Positions 62,563 to 64,000 of a stretch of 64,000 bases of DNA are shown here, piece after piece. The position numbers were made by a program, and so were the translations under genes. The notes under the pieces were generated by a model. That model did no database searches. It saw only the letters and a list, made by a program, of their open reading frames with translations, and had not been told where the DNA came from. Source of the DNA: Octopus vulgaris (taxonomy: Eukaryota). The first letter of the stretch is position 1; every line of letters starts with the position of its first letter. The stretch covers positions 90,644,001 through 90,708,000 of the forward strand of contig OX597824.1 in NCBI GenBank assembly GCA_951406725.2, read 5' to 3'.

Positions 62563-62756
62563 ACTCATATAACTCTCTGTCTCTATATCTCCGTCTTGAT
62601 CTGCATCTCTATATGTGCGTGTGTCTTTGTGCGTTCATCTGTCGGGGCTTTTGTGTCCGTGTTTTATTCTTGTCTGCATATGAACGAGAACTCTACTCGT
62701 ATACATATTTTATTAATTTCACTTTTCTGTTTCCAATTCGATTTATTTCATAAAGA

Positions 62757-62920
62757 CGTGGCTGTGTGTTAAGAACCTTACTTCCCAACTATATGGACCC
62801 GTGTTCAGTGTATCTGTGTGGCTCTATGGCCAAGCAAGTGTCTTTTTCTATAGCCTCGGGCCGGTCAAAGCCTTGTGCGTGGATTTAGAAGACAGAAACT
62901 TAAAAGTGGCCTGTCGTATC
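62757..62920 (+). mobile_element. SINE family A, 5' half
   Basis: GTGGCTGTGTGTTAAG..CAAGTGTCT..TAGCCTCGGGCCG..AAAGCCTTGTG. Confidence 0.7.
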
Positions 62921-62951
62921 TATCTTATCTTATCTATCTATCTATCTATCA

Positions 62952-63057
<106 letters not shown>

Positions 63058-63094
63058 TTATCTATCTACATATATATATATATGTATATATGTA

Positions 63095-63172
<78 letters not shown>

Positions 63173-63371
63173 AATAAGAAAATGGAGGGGATCAATAGGT
63201 GTTCATCAACTTTTAGACATTATATTATGTCAACTTATTTATTTATTTACTAAAATGACAATTACAAGAATATACATACATGTATAACATATGCTTTACA
63301 TAAAATATACTAATATATAAAGATACCAGTAATTATTAAAATATAACATACAGGAATATAAATTGGGAAAA

Positions 63372-63497
63372 TAACTTACAGCTGTTTCAGCCAAGAGGCA
63401 AAAATACCTCATTCTACCTTTATTCCTTCAGTAGACTGAAGTAATATGTAGATGAAATTGAGGTACTTGGGTGTCTATCTAGGCTTCGTCAGACACT
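63372..63497 (-). ncRNA. type I hammerhead ribozyme with a very long stem II
   Basis: Minus strand: CUGACGA(63486-63492)-AGCC.AGA...UACCUCA...UGAGGUA...UCU.GGCU-GAAAC-agcu-GUA; stem I is poorly paired. Confidence 0.7.
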
Positions 63498-63737
63498 TTA
63501 GAAAGTACATAAGGTTAAGTTATAAATAAATATAAATAAGGTTAAGTTATAAATAAATAAAAATAAATAAATACACATATATTAACATACTTATACATAT
63601 ACGTATGCATACATATATAAATATACATAAATACATATATCTACGCTTAAATGTACATACTTATTTACATTTATAAGCATACACAATAATCAATTATTAT
63701 TATTATGTATGAAGGTATACAGATATGTGCCTATGTA

Positions 63738-63802
<65 letters not shown>

Positions 63803-63807
<5 letters not shown>

Positions 63808-64000
63808 TGTTTGTGTTTGATTCTCCTCTGCTGCTTGACAGCAGCTGTTTACGTCCATGTAACTTAGCGGCTCGACAAATCAGTCGGATAGAATTAATAC
63901 CAGGTTTATAAAAAATAGGAACTAGCGTCGATTCATTCAATAAAATATTTCTCAAGGCGTTGCTACAGCATGGCCACAGTCTTATGACTGAAACATGTAA
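63803..64000 (+). mobile_element. SINE family A, 3' half
   Basis: GCTTGACA..TTTACGTCC..TAACTTAGCGG..CAGCATGGCCACAGTC..ATGACTGAAAC. Confidence 0.75.

Overview
AT-rich, microsatellite-saturated eukaryotic non-coding DNA. The SINE repertoire and (TA)n/(CA)n/(TACA)n/(GATA)n density suggest a cephalopod, most likely Octopus (inference). No host protein-coding gene is supported, and almost all listed ORFs are translations of simple repeats. Recognisable parts are three tRNA-derived SINE families, a decayed Tc1 transposon, RTE and CR1 LINE fragments, two 3' ends of an R4/Dong-like retrotransposon inside (TAA)n arrays, and MITEs. The main signal is about 20 type I hammerhead ribozyme (HHR) motifs or half-motifs on both strands, carried by several different short non-coding elements almost always bounded by (TA)n. 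Many of these elements are long near-perfect fold-back palindromes with one HHR per arm. Some show compensatory or non-canonical cores (U3:A8, G3:C8, U4C, A6U). This fits non-autonomous Penelope-like/retrozyme-type elements associated with (TA)n tracts. Ribozyme activity and mobility are inferred, not shown.
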